Shown here: positions 60,201-64,000 of the stretch, one piece after another | Position numbering within the stretch: position 1 is the stretch's first letter | Layout of the letters: each line of letters starts with the position of its first letter | DNA from: Eubacterium sp. | Lineage (GTDB): Bacteria > Bacillota > Clostridia > Lachnospirales > Lachnospiraceae | Assembly: GCA_036308545.1 (NCBI GenBank) | Contig: JAXJVN010000005.1 | Span: 33,626 to 97,625, forward strand | Length of the DNA: 64,000 nt | Direction: 5' to 3' | Program-made: the position numbers and the translations under genes | The notes under the pieces: model-generated | Seen by the model: the letters and a program-made list of their open reading frames with translations, nothing else | What the model was told of the DNA's origin: nothing | Database searches by the model: none

Positions 60201-60414
60201 CGGAACTCTGAAATACAAGGAAAGCGGAATCGACGTCCTTACCGATACGCTTGATGATACTATTGGAAACTTCAAGGATATCAAGGCAAACCTGGATGCG
60301 GTCGTTTCCGATGACGCCCAGTATACCAACTACAGCGGCGCAGCAGACGGCATGAAGACTTCTGTCAAGTTCATCATCGCTACAGACGCTGTTAAAGTTC
60401 CTGATAAAGAATAA
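57229..60414 (+). CDS. 1061-aa secreted protein with xxxLxxG heptad repeats (YhgE/Pip/EsaA-ectodomain-like) and no membrane anchor
   Basis: Signal peptide AAIGMAALTGLTPVMATPVFA-ADD, an acidic low-complexity block, and two long runs of L..G...L..G repeats (LKDGISQYTDGVSQVTAGAGKLNDG...). I see no C-terminal TM segment and no LPXTG. Confidence 0.7.
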   Translation: MNRNKRIHSNKKKYATRTAAIGMAALTGLTPVMATPVFAADDAEVTKDETVYVNASADGSASDITVSDHLSGNVSGKVKDSSNLKDIQNVKGDETYSGSGDSMTWEGAGTDIYYQGTSSADLPVSVKMTYYLDGKEISPEDLAGKSGKVKIKVEYINHTKKTVTINGEEKEVSSPFVMMTGMILPTENFTNVTVDNGKVLGDGSRSIVVGYGMPGLAESLDLEGMKDKITDTADSVKDSKKKVEDAKAESEEEEKDDEASEAEDEDNSSEKASDDDDTDDEAKLDDLKDKLDDFSIPEGFEVEADVTDFKLDSTYTVASNEKLGDYDIDDIDSLDDLDNAIASLKDATDQLVDGSQELADGTNTLNEKYAELNDGIFALETGSVTLKDGISQYTDGVSQVTAGAGKLNDGMQTANAGINTLAGSLPTLSSGVQQLDSGASQLAEGSTALKNGVNKYVDGTQEFVAGTQQYVNSVNQLNQLNAGIANLSSKMNDFDAKLNNANKSAAAVRDKDIKTTEENIEKLKNYYMQLNSQLTETQAEDAAKETVSKETTKQLQGQISAASDGAAQIMDGLKKLAASANSGAEVSTSDQPLNLDFTELNSQIDEAQANSVNAADAAAQAAADAVAANVAANTSTVDKAAISQQMTAQATQQATDQTNAALAAAQASVNAALTAEQAKGDAADQNIIASLQAAQAALNPTTVNVNISADSIPDSGSIDTEAVKASVKDAVSSQLNTAGNYDEIRTSVQELQAGASAAASSTSQQKSSSEDASTANASALQQTMTAASSLQNELNTMKELLNSNHTYADTATKALSTIEGGFPMTVDPKYSSVPAIKQANALQEQIAALNAQASSLSANYSIAMQGVLAQGGQKLMDASAGLTDPTAVAALKGGAAGVESGAKQLSAGLSQLNSNSAKLIAGVSQLQNGSQQLADGSRSLLAGLLKLNSNSAALKDGSSRLSDGLTTAADGSRQVSDGISELNDGAEKLADGTLKYKESGIDVLTDTLDDTIGNFKDIKANLDAVVSDDAQYTNYSGAADGMKTSVKFIIATDAVKVPDKE

Positions 60415-60533
60415 TCTTCAGGAATCTTTTCAATAAGCTTACCGGTTTATCTAGTGAGAATTCCGAAACGGAGCCGAGCGGATAGGTACTCGTTCCTTTC
60501 GGATGCAAGTACTTATTACATAAAGTGTCACTT

Positions 60534-61562
60534 TTACCGGAGCAGGTCGCGGCAGATGCTGTCCCAGCCGAGGCGGTCTATAGTGTCGGCCAGGCGTTCG
60601 CCCTGGATTCCTTTGTCTCGGAAGAGTACCAGGATCTTTTCTACCATATCAGAGACTTCCTCTTCCGTGGAGAATGTGACGGGAAGTTCTCTGCCACGCT
60701 CAACCTTATGGCCGGACTGGCCGCCGATGCGGATGCGGTAGCCATCCCGGAACCGGTCCAATACGCCAAAAGCACATTTGTCTTTGCATCTGCCGCAGCT
60801 GATGCAGGTTTCTTCATTGATATAGAGTTTTCCTTCTTCGATACAGGGCTGGCTATGTCCATTCTCCTGACAGTCTGCCGTTTGATCTTCTGCTGCAGTT
60901 CCAGCTTTCAAAAGTTTACTGACGGTTTCGCCCGTCAGTTTTGCTGCCGCGTGGGTCTTCCGGCAGGCTTTTTCTACCTGGCAGATGGTGCAGGATTGGC
61001 ATTTGTCGTAATCCGGCAGGGGTGTACGGATGCCGATGATGCCCACGTCGTTGAGGTCGGCCTTGGCGCAATTATTAGGACAGCCGCTGATTCCGATTTT
61101 GAATTTTTGGGGAAGTTCTACTCCGGCCCAGCCGGTGAAAAAATGGTCGAACTGCTTCTCAGAAAGGGAATCCGTGTCGATGAGCCCGTTTTTGCAGGTA
61201 GTTCCCATGCAGGCCGTTACGGGACGGACCAGCATGTCCGAGCTGTCAGCCATGAGGCCGTAACCCTCCAGAAATTTCAGTACCCGGTCAAGCTTATCCT
61301 CCGGAATGCCTTCTACGGATACGATCTGCCGGGGCGTTATCTTAACCTGGCCAGTGCCATATTTTTCCGCCGCCTCAGACAGGGCGGAAAGCTGGCGGGC
61401 GGAAAGCTTTCCATTTCTGGTGATCAGCCAGATATTATAAATATGTTCAAAGCGGTAGTCTTGCATGCAGCCGCGCTTCTTCCATTCGGCACTTTTACTG
61501 TTCAGTTTCTTTTCCATATCAAATATTATCTTAATCTCCATTCCGCCTTCGGCCGGTGACAC
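60534..61562 (-). CDS. nitrite/sulfite-reductase 4Fe-4S/siroheme domain protein with a ferredoxin insert (AsrC/Dsr-like); start uncertain
   Basis: Siroheme/Fe-S Cys clusters TACMGTTCKNG and GISGCPNNCAKADLNDVG, plus two CxxCxxC ferredoxin motifs (CQSCTICQVEKAC, CISCGRCKDKC). Candidate starts are at 61562, 61541, 61517 and 61466. Confidence 0.7.
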   Translation of the reverse strand: MSPAEGGMEIKIIFDMEKKLNSKSAEWKKRGCMQDYRFEHIYNIWLITRNGKLSARQLSALSEAAEKYGTGQVKITPRQIVSVEGIPEDKLDRVLKFLEGYGLMADSSDMLVRPVTACMGTTCKNGLIDTDSLSEKQFDHFFTGWAGVELPQKFKIGISGCPNNCAKADLNDVGIIGIRTPLPDYDKCQSCTICQVEKACRKTHAAAKLTGETVSKLLKAGTAAEDQTADCQENGHSQPCIEEGKLYINEETCISCGRCKDKCAFGVLDRFRDGYRIRIGGQSGHKVERGRELPVTFSTEEEVSDMVEKILVLFRDKGIQGERLADTIDRLGWDSICRDLLR

Positions 61563-61686
61563 AAATAGCTGTGAAACGATTATTTTTCACACTGCTTCCA
61601 CTCTGAAAAATAATTTTTCTTTTACTATGCAATAGAATGACTTTATCACATTTTTCTATCCGGCAGGATGTGCGAAAGCAACGGGC

Positions 61687-61723
61687 GGGAGGTGGCAAAG
61701 TGCCTGTCACTTTGCCACCTCCC
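61687..61723. repeat. perfect 16-bp-stem palindrome containing CAAAGTG
   Basis: GGGAGGTGGCAAAGTG cctgt CACTTTGCCACCTCCC, with no flanking T-run. It ends 20 nt upstream of the thiT promoter. Confidence 0.8.
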
Positions 61724-61743
61724 TGCTATCGGTTCATTTCTAC

Positions 61744-61771
61744 TTGACGTAGCCAAATGACATGCTAGAAT
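61744..61771 (+). promoter_or_regulatory. promoter of the TPP riboswitch/thiT unit
   Basis: TTGACG, 16-nt spacer, TAGAAT with an extended TGc. Confidence 0.6.
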
Positions 61772-61785
61772 AGGTTTGAATTTAA

Positions 61786-61947
61786 TAATCTTGCTGGGGG
61801 AGCAACCGCTGAGAGTGCAGCTTTTTTAATTTAGCTGCTGACCCTTTTACCTGACCCGGATAATGCCGGCGTAGGGAAGCTTTATTGAAAAACGTTGTTC
61901 CTGCATTCTGTAAATAAAAGCCATTACAGACTGCAGGAATAGTTTTT
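61786..61947 (+). promoter_or_regulatory. TPP (THI-box) riboswitch with terminator
   Basis: CTGGGGGAGC, GCTGAGA, ACCCTTTTACCTGA and CCGGATAATGCCGGCGTAGGGAA. These are followed by the hairpin TTCCTGCAtTCTGTAA/TTACAGAcTGCAGGAA and TTTTT. Confidence 0.88.
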
Positions 61948-61990
61948 CCGTATGTTGTCCTCCTGCACTAAGAAAAGGGGGACTTTTTTT

Positions 61991-62548
61991 ATGAGGAACA
62001 TGAAAACAAGAGCTCTTGTCGAAGGTGCCATCATGGTAGCGCTCGCAACCGCGCTCAGCTACGTCAAGCTGTTCGAGCTGCCTCAAGGCGGAAGCGTCTG
62101 CATCGGCATGCTGCCTATCTTCTTTTACTGCATCCGCTGGGGAGCAAAGAACGGGTTTATGGCCAGCTTTGCTTACGGACTGCTTCAGCTGATCTTCGAC
62201 GGCGCTTATGCCTGGGGACCGACCTCCATGCTGCTGGACTACCTGATCGCCTTCAGCGTTCTGGGCGTATGCGGCTTCTTCAAAGGTCAGAAGGGCGGAA
62301 TTTATATCGGAACCGTCGTCGGCTGCATCTGCCGTTTCATCATTCACTTCATCAGCGGCGTGACCATTTACCGCATCTATGAGCCGACCGAGCTCTTCAA
62401 CCACAGCTTCACAAATCCCTGGATCTATTCCCTGGCTTACAATGGAAGCTACGTCGCCATCGATATGATCCTCTGCCTGATCGTCTTCGCCCTGATCAGC
62501 AAGCCGCTCGGAAAGTACCTCAAAGGTGCCGACCTGAAAGCAGCCTGA
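61991..62548 (+). CDS. thiT: thiamine transporter ThiT (ECF S component)
   Basis: ThiT-like sequence (ALVEGAIMVALATALSYVKLFELPQGGSV) directly downstream of the TPP riboswitch. Confidence 0.88.
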   Translation: MRNMKTRALVEGAIMVALATALSYVKLFELPQGGSVCIGMLPIFFYCIRWGAKNGFMASFAYGLLQLIFDGAYAWGPTSMLLDYLIAFSVLGVCGFFKGQKGGIYIGTVVGCICRFIIHFISGVTIYRIYEPTELFNHSFTNPWIYSLAYNGSYVAIDMILCLIVFALISKPLGKYLKGADLKAA

Positions 62549-62628
62549 GGTAGCAAAGTGACATTGAGTCGCGCGCACCGCGGGCACCAGTGCCTTGCGC
62601 ACCGCGCACGGAAGCGGCACATTGCCAC
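62549..62628. repeat. imperfect CAAAGTG-type inverted repeat with a GC-rich insert
   Basis: Arms are GGTAGCAAAGTGAC and GGCACATTGCCAC. The 53-nt core contains GCGCACCGCG twice (62573 and 62597). The element starts right after the thiT stop. Confidence 0.55.
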
Positions 62629-62663
62629 ATAACCCTCACTCCATATGGTTCATACATAAGAAA

Positions 62664-62695
62664 AGCTCCCGCGAAGGCGGGGGCTTTTCTTTTTC
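62664..62695 (+). terminator. terminator of thiT
   Basis: GCTCCCGC gaag GCGGGGGC followed by TTTTCTTTTT. Confidence 0.8.
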
Positions 62696-62902
62696 GTATC
62701 TCTTCGTCGTCCCTTTCCATCTCACATCGGCCAAAATATTCCGAAAGCAGTTTTTTTTACTTGTATTTTATTGAATTTTCTCCTTCTCCTGCTACAATTA
62801 TAGATATACAGCTGTTTCACCTTCCTTCTATATATGAAAGAAAGTGATAAAAAATAACGATTTCAAGAATCGGTTTTCATGTTCGAAAAGCGAGGAATCT
62901 CT

Positions 62903-64000
62903 GTGAAAAAACGCGTCTTATCTTTAATCTGTGCTGCTGCCCTTTTTGTGACAGGATGCAGTTCTGCTTCATCCGGAAAAACCGGCTCTATTGAAAAAAA
63001 CGATCCTCTTAAAGAAGAAAGTATAAGTTCATCTTCTTCCAGTGAAGCCGCTGCCGTTTCTTCCGAATCTGAGAGTACTGTTTCCGCGTTCTCGGAAAGC
63101 CCCGCAGAATCTCTTTATACCTTCCAGCTTGAAACGCTTGCCTTCCAGGTTCCGCAGGATTTCTGGGGCGACCCGGTAAGCGGAGGGGATGACCTGACCT
63201 TCTTCTATCATTATGAAAATGATGAGAGCGAAATGGCCATGCTCCAGTTCCAGTCTCAGGACGCACAGGGACTCACCGCCGATGAATTCAAGGACATGAA
63301 GGATGATATTGCCGAAGGTTTTGCACAGGGCATGGAAAGCGACGGAACCATTACCGGGACGGACACTTCTGAAGTGGAAGACCGTGAGTTGGGCGGCCTG
63401 CCCGGAGTTTACTTTACTGCGGGAGCTGATTATTCCGGCGTTCCGCTGTCATGCGATGTCTACCTGGCTATTGATGAATCCGCAGACAAGATGCTTGCTG
63501 CTGCCTATTTTAAGACTTCCGGGATCAGTTCGGAAACCGACGATAACTGGAAAAATATTATTGATACCGCTCTTCCCGCCGACCAGGTAACCATCTCCAC
63601 CCCTGCACCTTCCGATGATTCTGATGATTCGGATGATGAATCAGATTCTTCCGACTCTGAAAAAGAGGGCACCAATGATGACAAGGATGCAGCTCTTGAA
63701 GAAGCAAAGACGACACTGGAGTATTCCAGCTATTCCCATGACGGTCTTGTTGAGTATCTGCAGTATGCCGGTTATACGCACGAAGCAGCCGTCTATGCGG
63801 CGGACAACGTCGGCGCAGACTGGAAAGAAGAGGCTCTGGAATCCGCTGAGGACTATGTCGAATACAGCAGTATGTCCGAATCCAATCTGAAAGAGATGCT
63901 TGAATTCGAAGAATTCACAGCCGACGAAGTCAGCTACGCCATGGACAATATCCAGGTTGACTATAATGCCGAAGCCAAAGAAGACCTCCAGTCCTGGAAG
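62903..64000 (+). CDS. lipoprotein with C-terminal Ltp-like (host cell surface-exposed lipoprotein) repeats, truncated by the window end
   Basis: I translated this by hand: a GTG start preceded by GAGGAA, 366 codons with no stop up to 64000, lipobox LFVTGC, and repeats LEYSSYSHDGLVEYLQYAGYTHEAAVYAADN / YSSMSESNLKEMLEFEEFTADEVSYAMDN. It is not in the ORF track because no stop lies inside the window. Confidence 0.8.
   Translation, partial: MKKRVLSLICAAALFVTGCSSASSGKTGSIEKNDPLKEESISSSSSSEAAAVSSESESTVSAFSESPAESLYTFQLETLAFQVPQDFWGDPVSGGDDLTFFYHYENDESEMAMLQFQSQDAQGLTADEFKDMKDDIAEGFAQGMESDGTITGTDTSEVEDRELGGLPGVYFTAGADYSGVPLSCDVYLAIDESADKMLAAAYFKTSGISSETDDNWKNIIDTALPADQVTISTPAPSDDSDDSDDESDSSDSEKEGTNDDKDAALEEAKTTLEYSSYSHDGLVEYLQYAGYTHEAAVYAADNVGADWKEEALESAEDYVEYSSMSESNLKEMLEFEEFTADEVSYAMDNIQVDYNAEAKEDLQSWK

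Noticed and set aside
61847-62620. A 257-aa minus-strand ORF
   Set aside because: It lies antisense to thiT and its TPP riboswitch. The plus-strand gene has a riboswitch, promoter, SD and terminator, whereas the minus-strand ORF has none of these.

Overview
The window looks like chromosomal core DNA of a Firmicute, probably Clostridia or Lachnospiraceae judging by gene order and moderate GC; the taxon is a guess. Most genes are on the minus strand. From left to right I see: murC, a DnaD-domain protein, a DnaI-like loader and prs; typA; a tryptophan T-box controlling a COG2984-type ABC transporter; a lysine riboswitch controlling dapA-dapB; the conserved rpmG-secE-nusG-rplKAJL-rpoBC block; and cysE. 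Next comes a metal-homeostasis island. It holds a feoA-feoA-feoB operon that also encodes a Cys-rich peptide and an HMA protein. This operon is divergent from a second operon encoding an AraC-type HTH protein, a 26-aa peptide, an 88-aa PacL-like protein and a P1B ATPase with an S-C-A motif. After the island there are two URO-D family methyltransferase paralogs flanking a PucR regulator and a GPH transporter, followed by an arylamine N-acetyltransferase, lgt and a stand-alone homocysteine-methyltransferase domain protein. The right part contains a lipoprotein, mfd, pth, a pair of G3E/COG0523-type proteins (one with a long His/Asp/Glu tract), ybaK, tRNA-Lys(CUU) and trxA. It ends with a TetR regulator, an MMPL transporter and a 1061-aa secreted heptad-repeat protein, an orphan AsrC-like sulfite-reductase domain protein, a TPP riboswitch with thiT, and a 3'-truncated Ltp-type lipoprotein gene that the ORF track misses. 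I found no CRISPR array, transposase, integrase, phage genes or recognisable defence genes. The most interesting items are these: the uncharacterised P1B-ATPase operon, which shares operator palindromes with feo; two families of intergenic palindromic repeats; a structured leader upstream of ybaK; the orphan URO-D/PucR/GPH locus; and the TetR-MMPL-giant secreted protein module. All homology calls come from motif recognition by eye; no searches were run.
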